This document shows, one piece after another, positions 27,429-38,947 of a stretch of DNA of 64,000 nt. The DNA comes from Octopus vulgaris. Its lineage: Eukaryota. The stretch is from assembly GCA_951406725.2 (NCBI GenBank), contig OX597823.1, forward strand, positions 52,080,001 to 52,144,000. The letters run 5' to 3'. Under the pieces are notes generated by a model, which saw only the letters and a list, made by a program, of their open reading frames with translations, was not told where the DNA came from and ran no database searches. A program made the position numbers and the translations under genes. Within the stretch, counting starts at the first letter, position 1. Every line of letters starts with the position of its first letter.

Positions 27429-27430
<2 letters not shown>
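27118..27430 (-). mobile_element. Penelope-like terminal-repeat remnant with a 42-bp perfect inverted repeat
   Basis: IR arms 27118-27159 and 27312-27353; contains a hammerhead motif; embedded in (TA)n. Confidence 0.7.
27257..27315 (-). ncRNA. Type-I hammerhead ribozyme motif, intact core
   Basis: ATATCA-CTGACGA-acgg-AGGGTT..AACCCT-GAAAT-CGG-T-CCG-ATA-TGGTA; stems I, II and III can all pair. Confidence 0.75.
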
Positions 27431-27469
<39 letters not shown>

Positions 27470-27566
27470 CTCAACTTCTGTTCTTTCAACATGTGATCTC
27501 TTGAGCACCACCAGCAAATATATTTTTTTCCTCTGTCTTCCCTTCTCGGGATCTTTCCTTCTCCTT

Positions 27567-27601
27567 GTTTCCGACGAAGAGCTCCGCTCGAAACGTTAAA
27601 C
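27567..27601 (+). ncRNA. Minimal hammerhead-like motif with U4C variant, inside a PLE-like end (27466-27700)
   Basis: GTTT-CCGACGA-A-GAGC-TCC-GCTC-GAAAC-GTT-AAAC; palindromic AACGTT at stem III. Confidence 0.6.
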
Positions 27602-27694
27602 CCTCCTTCCCTTCTTTCCTGAGCATCAAATAATACTTTAATTGTTCCACGTCCTTGCGTTGCTGTGTTTTTTTCTGTGTTTTCTTGTTTGGAT

Positions 27695-27745
<51 letters not shown>

Positions 27746-28524
27746 TATATATATTTAACATATATACATACACACACATGCATGCACACAAACACACACA
27801 CACACACATATATATGCATGTAATATTTGATGTTAGAGTTAAGTAACATAAAACTTCTTTTCAAGTGTTGGGTATATATTCAAATAAAATAAGTAAACTC
27901 AGGATTTGAATTTATATTGAGTACCTTATAAAAAAAAACAGTCTTCTTAATCCTTTCGATTAAGATAATCACATTCAAACATATAAACACGACACAGACA
28001 CACAGACACATATTGAATACCTGAACGAACAGATCCTTTTCCCTTTTGTCAAGTTTTAATAATGTAAATCTGAGTTAAATTGATAATACAAATACTTAAT
28101 CTCCATCTTCTTCATCACTTTCATTTGCACATATGTATTTGAATTGACTGTGTGGTTAAGAAGTTGTGTCTTTGCTTTAGTGATTGTCCTTTATCTCTCT
28201 GCTTCACAACCTGTGTTGGTGTGTTTACATCCCCATAAATGAGCAGTTCAGCAAACTAGAGCGATAGAAATAGGTACCGTGCTTCAACATATAAGTAAGT
28301 ACTAGGATCAGTTTGCTTGACTAAACCGGCATGGCCACAGTCAGATGTTTGAAACAAGTAAAAAGAGAAAGGATTAAAGATATATAATCTTCAAAGCCAT
28401 TTTTTAAAAATTCCTTTCAAATGCAACAAACAGGTTTTGTATTCGAATACAATAAATATTGTTAATATGGGCATGGTATCTTCCTGTTTCATCAATACTG
28501 TATGATGTAATATCAGCAAGTCTT

Positions 28525-28567
<43 letters not shown>

Positions 28568-28831
28568 CTGACACACACCATTCATATCCTTTCAAACTAT
28601 AATTCTCTCTCTCCATCTCCCTTTCTCTCTCTTCTTCTCACTCTTTCCCTATCGCCTCTTCCACCTCCTCTCTCCCTCCCCGTCTCTCTCACATAGACAC
28701 ACACTCACACACACACACCGTTTATATCCTCTCAAACTATTTCTCTCTCTAACTCCCTTTCTCTCTCTCTTTCTCACTCTTTCCCTATCTCTTTTTCCAC
28801 CTCCTTTCCCTCCTCTCTCCCTCTCTCTCCC

Positions 28832-28863
<32 letters not shown>

Positions 28864-28948
28864 TCACACATCGTTCATATCCTCTCAAACTATTTCTCTC
28901 TCCTTCTCATTCTTTCCCTATCACCTCTTCCACCTCCTCTCTCTCCCC

Positions 28949-28984
<36 letters not shown>

Positions 28985-29059
28985 TCGTTCATATCCTCTC
29001 AAACTATTTCTCTCTCTTCTCACTCTTTCCCTATTACCTCTTCCACCTCCTCTCTCTCC

Positions 29060-29097
<38 letters not shown>

Positions 29098-29212
29098 TCG
29101 TTCATATCCTCTCAAACTATTTCTCTCTCTCCTCATTCTTTCCCTATCACCTCTTCAACCTCCTCTCACTCTCCCCTCTCTCTTTCACACACACACACAC
29201 ATACTCACACAC
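28525..29212. repeat. Composite minisatellite, 5 units of about 115-150 bp
   Basis: Unit TTCATATCCTCTCAAACTATTTC..CTTTCCCTATCACCTCTTCCACCTCC(TC)n(AC)n starting near 28581, 28721, 28874, 28988 and 29101. Confidence 0.9.
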
Positions 29213-30649
29213 TTGTAATGTTTGTTTTGCCCTACTAACCAAGAGTGTAATGGCTCTGAAAACTTGGATTCTTTTCCAAATAGCCACTTTACAATAAAAT
29301 GAAGTTAAGAACTGTTAAATTGATAGAGGCTAAAGAAGTACCACTATGATTTCAATTCTTTATCTATCGCAGATTTTGAACTAATATCCTTCAGATAACT
29401 CCTCTAACACCACCCAGTCACCACTCATACCTTAAATTCAGATTAATTTTCTCAGAAGGAAAACATCCAATTTATGAAATATTCTTCCTAATATTTTACG
29501 AAGCCTTTCAAATTAATTAGCAACGAAAATAGCCTAATGAAGACATACCTTTTCTGACTAAATGCAATAATTATGGAATGAAATTCATCTTTTGTTATCT
29601 AAACAGGTATTCCAATATGAAATCTGGAGGAAAGCTTCAGGATGAATTAGAAAACATTCTTCTGGCCATTGGATGACTTCAGATTGATATTAATTAACCT
29701 AGCTCGCCAATTACTCTTCACCGTATGTTGGAATTTTATCATATATTGAACATAATATGAATTTACTATGAGCATATATCTAAACTTATAAATTAAGGTG
29801 AACAGTTCAATCTCAATTTTAGCCTCCAGTTCAAAAGAGTTTCATACACTTCAATTAGAGATGATAAAGCTTTCATATGTTCACATTATTTTTTCCCCTC
29901 TCGTTTTTGACTTGGGGATATGGTTTTGAAGTCATAGAAAGTTATGATTTAACTTTTAGAAATGACTTATTATAGGGTTTTGATTGATTAAGTCGATACC
30001 CCTGAAGGGAAATAAAGTAAACCTTAGCAGTTATTTTCAGACTACTCTTGCCAACTATTTTTCTTTTATTTTTATGCTTTGAAAATGAGAAAATGGTCTT
30101 GGAAGTATGGTAAAACTAATTCACCAAAAACTTATAGTAGACATTTTCAAATTTTTACCGAAGACTTTCAATTATTTGGTGTTGTCATTAGAATCTCTAT
30201 AATATTTTCAATCAAAACATTTCTATACTGTTTTGCATTCATTCTCCACCATGAATACGCAGCTGGAAGGGTTTGTTTGTTAGTGCAATACTTTTTAAAA
30301 CTTGTATGCCTTTCTAAAATTTGCATGCCTTCCTATGCCTTTCCTATAACTAACATCCACACAAATATAAGGTTTTTGTTCAGTCAGATCAACCGGAACA
30401 AACTCAGTTTTGTGCCTAATCAAGGACATAATGCAGGGGTGAAGTTAGAATATGAACAATTACAATACATGAAGAGTAAAAAGAAACTGATAATGTTATA
30501 TATAGAGGGGTGCCTTCATTTGAAAGGTAAAATATACAAAGCATATTGTGACCAGCGATGTATAACAACATCTTTAGATGCATATAAAGAATATAAGAAT
30601 AGATTTCAATTTATAAGGTTATATATAATATAACCTAAAAGCACTTCAA

Positions 30650-30808
<159 letters not shown>

Positions 30809-31259
30809 TTAGAAGAATTTAGAATTCAACGAACTACTTCTTTTAATAACTATGTGGTTATTACTGCCTAGTAATTATCTACGTGGCCATAAAGTATGCA
30901 GAATCAATCAAAAATGGGTAGTCTATAAATAACCACTCCCCCACATAGCTAAGTACATTTGCCAACTTCAACAAACACTGCTGCTGCTGCAGTTGAATAT
31001 TAACCCAAACAATCAGTTTACTACTACTACTACTAATCCTAATCCAAACTAAAAACATGGAAAAAAACTCCTCTTCGAACAATGTCATACTTATATGCCC
31101 TGAAGAGATTGTACTAATAATGCCTAAATTGCAGCATATAAATATGCAACAATATGCAGTTAGTGTTACCAAAACACATGTGAAACAATTATTATGAATA
31201 AACTAACTGGAAATAAACATAAAGTTTGAACGTTCAAATTCTTCCTTCCCCTTATTATC

Positions 31260-31299
<40 letters not shown>

Positions 31300-31310
31300 T
31301 TTATAGAAGG

Positions 31311-31361
31311 AGCTTCTACAGGACTAGAACTGTTTCATTCAAATGAAATCATCAGGAAGCT
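31311..31361 (-). ncRNA. Hammerhead ribozyme motif (left arm)
   Basis: Exact reverse complement of 31503-31553. Confidence 0.7.
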
Positions 31362-31502
31362 AGGCATCAAGAATAGTTTTGGCATTTATACATTTAGGCA
31401 GATTTTGATGGGGTGGTGGTGGGGGACTTTTTTGGGGTAGGCAGGGCACACCCCATCAAAATCTGCCTAAATGTATAAATGCCAAAACTATTCTTGACGC
31501 CT

Positions 31503-31553
31503 AGCTTCCTGATGATTTCATTTGAATGAAACAGTTCTAGTCCTGTAGAAGCT
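31503..31553 (+). ncRNA. Type-I hammerhead ribozyme motif, intact core, weak stem II
   Basis: AGCTTC-CTGATGA-tTTCatttGAAt-GAAAC-AG-ttctagtc-CT-GTA-GAAGCT. Confidence 0.7.
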
Positions 31554-31638
31554 CCTTCTATAAAATAAATTAATTTACTCTGCCATGTATTGAGTACCTT
31601 ATTTACTGTGGTTAACCCTGACTCAACATGGGACCTAC

Positions 31639-31666
<28 letters not shown>

Positions 31667-31670
<4 letters not shown>

Positions 31671-31913
31671 AAAAAAAAACCTTTTATCAATTCAATAATG
31701 AAAAATTAAATTATACCATCTAGAAAATTACATATTATAGAAAGATTAAATATAAGATAAAACATATATATTCGTTTTATTTATTATTTTGCACATTACT
31801 TAATCATCATTATATGTTTTATCTTATATTTAATCTTTCTATAATCTGTAATTTTCTAAATGGTGTAATTTAATTTTTCATTATTGAATTGATAAAAGGT
31901 GGGTTTTTTTCTA
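31667..31913. repeat. About 100-bp AT-rich inverted repeat
   Basis: Arms 31667-31768 and 31811-31913 with few mismatches; (TA)n on both sides. Confidence 0.9.
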
Positions 31914-32006
31914 ATTTATATATATATATATATTATATTTCGTGAAATTTGATTTAGTATCTCTAAATTGAATTTTTCCCTGTAAGTTTGGAATAATATT
32001 ACCTCA

Positions 32007-32079
<73 letters not shown>

Positions 32080-32107
32080 TATAATGTATTTATTTGTGCT
32101 AGTGTTT

Positions 32108-32368
32108 TGAGAGAGAAGTTAAGCATAAGAGAAATTGGTTGCCATGTGCAAGAGAGAAGACTGTGCTGGTTTGGTCATGTGATGTGGATGGATGCAACAG
32201 CTCCATAAATAAGTGCTGATCTCTCAAACACATGGAACACATGGAAGTTGGATACCCAAGAAGATATGGAATGAAGTACTATAGGGCGACCTCAGGATGC
32301 TGAAACTTTCAGGTGAGATGGCAAAGGCCTGAGATGCCTGGCACCTTGCTGTACTCAAGAAGACTTGT
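32108..32368 (+). mobile_element. RTE LINE C-terminal relic
   Basis: LREKLSIR..VQERRLCWFGHVMWMD..PKKIWNEVL (RRLRWFGHV.RM..RPRKTW). Confidence 0.8.
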
Positions 32369-32369
32369 A

Positions 32370-32711
32370 TTCCACACTAGAAGTGTTAAAACCCGTCATT
32401 TTGGTGGTGTAAAGCACTTGTAGTGGTGTCACATAAAAGTGCCCCTGCAGTGTCATGTAAAAGCACCTGTGTAGTGCCACATAAAAGCACCCATGCGGTG
32501 CCATGTGAAAGCACCCGTATGGTGCTATGTAAAAGAGCCTGTTTGGTGTCACATAAAAAGCACCCAGCACACTCTGTAAAGCGGTCAGTGTTAGGAAGGT
32601 CATCCAGACATAGAAACCATGCCAAATCAAACTGGAGTCTGGTGCAGCTCCCCAGCTTGCAAGCACTGGTCAAACCGTCTGACCCATGCCAGTATGGACA
32701 ATGAACGTTAA

Positions 32712-32744
<33 letters not shown>

Positions 32745-32745
32745 G
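32370..32745 (+). mobile_element. SINE family D with an internal 24-bp tandem array
   Basis: About 7 units of GTGCCACATAAAAGCACC.., then TTAGGAAGGTCATCCAG and an AACGTTAAAT(GAT)n tail. Confidence 0.85.
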
Positions 32746-33370
32746 TAGAGCTCTCATTGACTTCTACAAGTTTCACATGAAAAGGAAACTGAGAGTGGAG
32801 AGGGAAGTGCTATCCTTGAGTGAGTTTATTGAAAGGTGGGTGAAAGTTGTGAAAATGGCAAGAGTGGATGGTACCTCTCTAAGTGTAAACTTGTGAGTCA
32901 GAGAGAAGGAATTGGACAGGGTACTTGCTCTTGAGGTTTCAGGGATTGAAAGAGGGTGGCTGTGCAATCATCACTATAGACTCGGCTGACAGACAGATCC
33001 TTCCCACACATGACAGCAGCTGTTCGACATAACACCACAAGTCAGCAATGCCTGGACACTGAATGAGGGCATGCAGAAAGGTTTCATCACTCTGTGCACA
33101 CCTCGAACAAGCTTGTCTGACAGCATATCCATGCCTGTGGAGTTTATCTCGAACTGGTAGCACTGCCAGGCCAAGGCTACTGGAAATTATCCATGATAGT
33201 TCTCAACCAGAAAGTCCTCCAGAACAGACTAGCCAGTTCGTTTTTGTCAGCACCCAGAGTCTCCCCAAGAATGCCATCACACTTTGCCACCACTAATCTT
33301 CTATAAATTTCTAAAGTGGAACGTCCACTAATCCCACTGCCTGACTGGTAGAGGGCTGTGAGCACCTGAC
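32746..33370. mobile_element. Rearranged L1/Tx1-like 3' fragment
   Basis: Minus strand 33370-32940: LPVRDKLHRHG..CSRC..ETFLHALIQC (CCHC knuckle); plus strand 32746-32940: ALIDFYKFHMKRKLRVEREVL..ERWVKV..*. Confidence 0.8.
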
Positions 33371-33419
33371 AAGTAATATAAACAATAAAAATAATGATAA
33401 TAATAATAATAATGATAAA

Positions 33420-33980
33420 TAAAATACCCTGATGCAGTACCAGGCAGTGGTTCTCACGGCTTCTGATTTTAACTGATTGGAGGTGTTATCATGTACATTG
33501 TTTTGCTTTGGTATAAAAGATGGGTTACAGCAAATATTTTGTTCAATACCACAAATTTGCTTGTCAGTTGCTGGACCTTAACCAGTTGAGCATGTCGCCT
33601 AGTGGCTGATGATATGTGTATCTCTGATCATGTGCAAAAGTAGTGGGGGAGCATCATAGCCATGTGTCGAGAGAAATTCTTAGGAGTTTGGATAATTCAC
33701 CTTTGGAAACATGGGTGTTTTGTTCATCATCCTTAAACAACCCTTATTCAAGGATCTTTTGAGCAAGATGGGCTACTCTACCTGAAGAAAATTCTAACTG
33801 GGCTCTACCTGCAAGGTCATGCACTGTTTATCTTGATACAAGATCACTTTGTTGTGCACACATAGTTGTTATGCATGTGCCTGGTCTAGCCTTATCAGAT
33901 GGGTAGTCATGATGGGTATGCTGGGCTTTGTATATTTTACTCCAGTGTCACTTTGATGGTATTCACTGCTCTCTCACTCA
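33420..33980. mobile_element. Unclassified interspersed element bounded by (TAA)n, possibly a LINE 5' region
   Basis: Complex sequence with sharp (TAA)n boundaries on both sides; resembles a repeat I recall from octopus; no protein motif recognised. Confidence 0.4.
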
Positions 33981-34147
33981 ATAATAATAATAATGATGAT
34001 GATGATGATGATAAAGGAGGAGGAGGAGGAGGTGACAACGAAGAAGAAAAAGAAGAAGAAAAGGTAGAGGAGAAGGAGGAGGAGGAACTAGAAGAAGAAG
34101 AAGAAGAAGAAGAAGAAGAAGAAGAAGAAGAAGAAGAAGAAGAAGCA

Positions 34148-34428
34148 AACCTCAAAATAAAATAGCTGCTAATTAAATTAGTATGCACTAGTGAATTAAT
34201 AATAATAACAATAGAACAGTAATCTGTACATTTGGCACAACACCGAACATGCTACCTAAAAGACCAAAACAAATTGAGATTGAAACTCTCATTGTTGACC
34301 CACAGAAAAAAACCGTCATATATCTTGGAAGAATTGTAAGAAAAGTTCTTGAGATGTGAGGAGACTTGCTTTCACCAAACCTCAAGATAAAATACCTGCT
34401 AACTAATTAGCATGCAGTAATGAAATAA
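34148..34428 (+). mobile_element. Two tandem short 3' ends of an R4/Dong-like LINE
   Basis: VICTFGTTPNMLPKRPKQIEIETLIVDPQK..YLGRIVRKVLEM*; 3' UTR AACCTCAA.ATAAAATA.CTGCTAA occurs at both 34148 and 34378. Confidence 0.7.
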
Positions 34429-34444
34429 TAGTAGTAATAGTAAT

Positions 34445-34660
34445 TCTTTCTAATTTTGGCACAAGACCAGCAATTTCTTAATGTGGTGGGCAGTGAATTA
34501 CATTGACTCCTAATGTTGAACTGGTACTTATTCTATTGACAACAACAGAAGGAAAGGCGAAGTCAGCTTCAGCAGAATTTGAACTCGGAATCTAAAACAG
34601 GAAGTAATTCTGCTAAGTGTGTGGTCAGGTGTGATAACGGTTCTGTCATCTTGCTGCCTT
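34445..34660 (-). mobile_element. SINE family A, decayed
   Basis: TTTTGGCACAAGACCAGC tail, CTGGTACTTATT, GAATTTGAACTC. Confidence 0.75.
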
Positions 34661-34681
34661 AATAATGATAATAATAATAAC

Positions 34682-34731
<50 letters not shown>

Positions 34732-34732
<1 letters not shown>

Positions 34733-35346
34733 TGCCCAGTCCTGGCTAAGAAGGAACATATTCACAGACATGACAGAGTTGGAACCTACATACATTGGAA
34801 GCTATGCCAACATTATGGAATAACAACAGAAAAAAGATGGTATAGGCACACACCAGAAAAGGTCACAGAAAACGAGAAAGCAACCATACTCTGGGATATG
34901 CCGATACACACAGATAGAGAAATTAAGGCCAACAGACCAGATATAGTTGTCAGAGATCATGAAGAAAAAAATGCTTTCTAATTGATGTATCAATACCGGC
35001 TGATGACAACGTGTCTCTAAAAGAAATGGAGAAACTCTCAAAATACAAAGACCTGGAAATAGAGGTAACTAGAATGTGGAATCTGAAAACAGAAACAATT
35101 CCTATCATAGTAGGTGCATTAGGCATGATAAAAAATATTCAGACAAATACATAACAAAAACACCAGGACTTACAAACACATATAACATACAGAAAATTGC
35201 ACTACTAGGCACTGCACACATCCTACGCAGAACACTTTCCATACAATAACCATCAGAGCATCACAACAAATCACAGCACATACCCAAGGCACACAGAGTT
35301 GCGCTCGGTAGTGAAGTGAAAGCACGCTATAAAAATAAAACTACTG
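34732..35346 (+). mobile_element. 5'-truncated R4/Dong non-LTR retrotransposon (restriction-like endonuclease) in (TAA)n
   Basis: CPVLA..HRHDRV..ILWD..ANRPDIVV..LIDVSIP..EKLSKYKDL..PIIVGALG..IQKIALLGTAHILRR; stop at 35247-35249; (TAA)n on both sides. Confidence 0.92.
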
Positions 35347-35408
35347 AATAATAATAATAATAATATAGTAATAATAATTATAATAATAATAACAACAACA
35401 ACAACAAT

Positions 35409-35441
<33 letters not shown>

Positions 35442-35465
35442 TGCAGCAACAATAACAATAATAAT

Positions 35466-36138
35466 ACTTTCTGTTATAGGCACAAGGCCTGAAATTTGGG
35501 GGAAGGAGACTAATCGATTACATCGATCCCAGTGTTTCACTGGTACTCATTTTATCAATCCTGAAAGGATGAAAAGTAAAGTCGACATTGGTGAAATATG
35601 AACTCAGGAACTCAGGACATAAAGACAGATGAAATATTACTAAGCATTTCACCCGGTGTCCTAGCAATTCTGCCAGCTCGCCACCTGAAATAATAATAAT
35701 AATAATAATCCTGTCTACTAAAGGCACAAGGCCTGAAATTTTGAGGGAGGGTACTAGTTGATTACATTGACCTTAGTATTCAGCTGGTACTTAATTTATC
35801 AACCCCAAAAGGATGAAAAGCAAAGTCAACCCCAGTGGAATTTGAACTCAGAACATAAGGATGGACAAACTACCGCTAAGCATTTTACATGGAGTGCTAA
35901 TGATTCTTCCAGCAAACTGCCTGAAATGGTACTAATAATAATACTTCCTACTAAAGGCATAAGGCCTGCAATTTTCAGGGAAAATTACATCAACTCCAGT
36001 ATTTCACTGGTACTTAATTCATTGAACCCCAGTGGAATTTGTACTCAGAACATAAGGACAGACAAAATGCCGTCAAGCATTTTACACAGTATGCTAGCAA
36101 TTCTGCCAGCTTGACACCACAATTATGATGATAATAAT

Positions 36139-36203
<65 letters not shown>

Positions 36204-36645
36204 TAATAATAATAATAATACTTGTTTGAAATTATGGCACAATGTCTAAAAATTTTGTGGGTAGGAGGCTAATCGATTACATTGACTCCAGTGTTCAGCT
36301 GGTACTTATTTTATTGGTCCTAAAAGGATAAAAGGTAAAGTCAACATTGCCAGAATTTGAAATCAGAACATGAAGATGGACAAAATACTGCTAAGCCTTT
36401 TTTCTGGTTTACTAACAATATTGCCTCCTTGCCACTTTATAAATAATATTTAAAAAATGCTTCAAATTTGGCACAAGACCAGCAGTTTTTGATAAGAGGG
36501 GAAAATCAATTACATCGACCCAGTACTTGACTGGTAGTTATTTTATCAATCCTGAAAGTATGAAAAACAAAGTCGACCACAACATAAAGAAATGCCACTA
36601 AGCATTTTGTCTAGCTTGCTAACAATTCTTCCAGCTCACTGCTTT
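35466..36645 (-). mobile_element. Head-to-tail cluster of five SINE family A copies separated by (TAA)n or AT-rich spacers
   Basis: Copies at about 35466-35687, 35708-35922, 35943-36120, 36222-36440 and 36458-36645. Confidence 0.88.
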
Positions 36646-36663
36646 GATAACAAAATAATAATA

Positions 36664-36928
36664 AAGACTATTTTCCAACATAATGTGGCAGTCCCAGTTG
36701 GGACGAATGCTACTGTTGTTTAACCCCAGGAAACATCGTCTCCAGCTGGCTATATGACACAATATTTGTGTCATTTTTGAACAGGGGAGTTCAGCATCCC
36801 CATTGTTCAAAAATATAAGGACGCATATATTGTGTCATATAGCCAGCTGGAGACGATGTTTCCTGGGGCTAAACAACAGTAGCATTCGTCCTAACTAGGA
36901 CTGCCACATTATGTTGGCAAGTAGTCTT
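36664..36928. mobile_element. Foldback (hairpin) MITE with probable TA TSD
   Basis: AAGACTA..CCAACATAATGTGGCAGTCC and GGACTGCCACATTATGTTGG..TAGTCTT; arms of about 120 bp with a very short loop. Confidence 0.9.
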
Positions 36929-38886
36929 TATTTTAAAGTTCTATTACTGTATGTCTCTCGTTGAGAGGATTATAAATAATATTTCTAAAATGATAATTAA
37001 CTAAATTTAATCAGTTCCAAGCTCATTCTTCTAATCACTACTGGTAATTAATTTCTATCTTGCCACACTTTAACAAACCTAAAAGTGCCATACTTAAGGA
37101 TGTAAGATACTTATTATTAGTGGTCAATGATCACATAACAATCTTTCTTTTATAACTTATGTTTTGAAATTCAAAATAGTTCCACAATGAGACTATGTTA
37201 CAATTCAAGAGATACTGTCAGGTTCTTTCTAAAATTGTCTTTGTTAACTTTTTGTCAACTCATCCTACACTTTGTGTAAACACATTTCTGTTGAAGTCTT
37301 TCCATCTGATCAAAAGGGCATATAATTAGGTATCATAAAAGCTTATGAAAGGTTTTGTGAGAATCAAAATTGAGAACCTCCAGTTGCCGTTCAAATGTTC
37401 TCTCTTTAATCTGGAATTTTAACCCATAATTACTTCACAGTGAGACTAAATATATATTTACATATATAGGATGCCTGAATAGGCATTTATGCATGCAAAT
37501 ACATTTCTATATCACTAGTGTTCACTGTACAGTAAAGGTGAGTTTCTGGTGACTGGGTTTGTGACCTGATTTCAGTTGCCTATTGTTGTTACTTGACACC
37601 GCTTTCAATGCTAATGATCTTGGAAAAGGTATAAACGTCAATATGCCTATTTCACCTATACCCTCAAATCAATGATGATAATCAACAATGGATCTATTTA
37701 TAGCCAAATAGAAAATATAAGGCATTTATTATATTACTTTATAATCTTTATTATACATTTTATTATTATATTTATTCCAACTACTTATCTATTCATTTCT
37801 ATATTTATTATAAATTACATTTTGAATACGAGCATTTATATATTCCCCTGTATGTGAAATATACAAATAGTTTATGAGTTTTAGTATATGTGTTTGGGAT
37901 TGGAATTGTATGTCTACTTATAAATAAACGTTTGTATACATATGTGTGCATGCAGGTGTTTGTATGTTTGCATACATATGTGTGTGTGTGTGTACATATA
38001 CATATGCATGAGTGTACATATATATATGTGTGTAAGTGTACATACATACATGATGATGGTGATGGCTGTCCACTTGTAATCAAGGAAGATCATCACTGAT
38101 CATTGCCGATGCAAAATGCCAGCAATTCCTGTGCATCAGATTAATGCACCAGCAGTCAGCATCATTGTGTCTGTGGCTTCTATGCTCCCCACTGAACTCA
38201 CCTACTCAGCTGGGCATCAGACAGTTGCCTTGCCGTCAATTGCACACCCTAAACTTCTTGGACCAATCCACCCTACTGATATGATCCAAAGACAAGCCAG
38301 GGTAAGATATCCAGTGCGAATATGAGTCGTAGGCTCAGGAATTTGAGAGAACCATGATCTCAAGTGCAAGCAAAAGATCCCCAAAATGTTCATTGCCATT
38401 CCCTGCATATCTAGTTTTATATCAGAGTGACCTTCTTTCAGAGACATGCTCTAACAAAAGTTAAGGGTTCACTTGTGATGTCTCTCATGCATGTTACTGG
38501 TAACATGGAACTTGGTACAATTTGTTGCATGATCAAGTCATCGATGGCTAAATCGACACCCCACTAGGCTTGCTAGAAGTTCAGCAAGACTTAAAACAAG
38601 ACTTGTCAAAAGGATAGATGAACCTAGTGTTAGTTTCTATGACTATCTAGAAGCATGGACCCTCAGAAATTCCAGGCTGGTGTCCAGCATGCTGGAGAAC
38701 ATCATACATACACATATAAATATATATATGTATTATAATTTAACGTTTATCTTCCATACTGTTATGGGTTTTACATATATGTGTATATCTATGATGTATG
38801 TGTCTCCTTTATCTGTGTGTTCAATAACTAACCATGAGGCTTTTTCTCCCTCCTCTTTGAAGAGAGGTTATAGGCCACCTGCCATT

Positions 38887-38947
38887 TGGGTCTGATGAGA
38901 TACTGTAAAGCTAAGTGCTTTATAAACACGAAACCCTGGGTAACTAT
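38887..38947 (+). ncRNA. Type-I hammerhead ribozyme motif, intact core
   Basis: GGT-CTGATGA-G..TGTAAAGC-taagt-GCTTTATA..C-GAAAC-CC-T-GG-GTA-ACT. Confidence 0.7.

Larger units (their letters stand above)
31294..31570. repeat. 122-bp near-perfect inverted repeat (PLE-like inverted terminal repeat)
   Basis: Arms 31294-31415 and 31449-31570 with one mismatch; 33-nt G-rich spacer. Confidence 0.95.

Noticed and set aside
30079-30633. 184-aa plus-strand ORF and a possible minus-strand terminal exon near 30413
   Set aside because: No recognisable homology, weak splice signals and a non-ATG start; cannot be supported
32405-32570. CRISPR-like 24-bp periodic array
   Set aside because: Degenerate tandem units without unique spacers, inside a SINE in a eukaryotic context, with no cas genes
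38050-38700. ORFs in a GC-richer segment
   Set aside because: No domain recognised; the left end resembles an RTE-type 3' tail in reverse, so it is probably a decayed retroelement that I cannot classify
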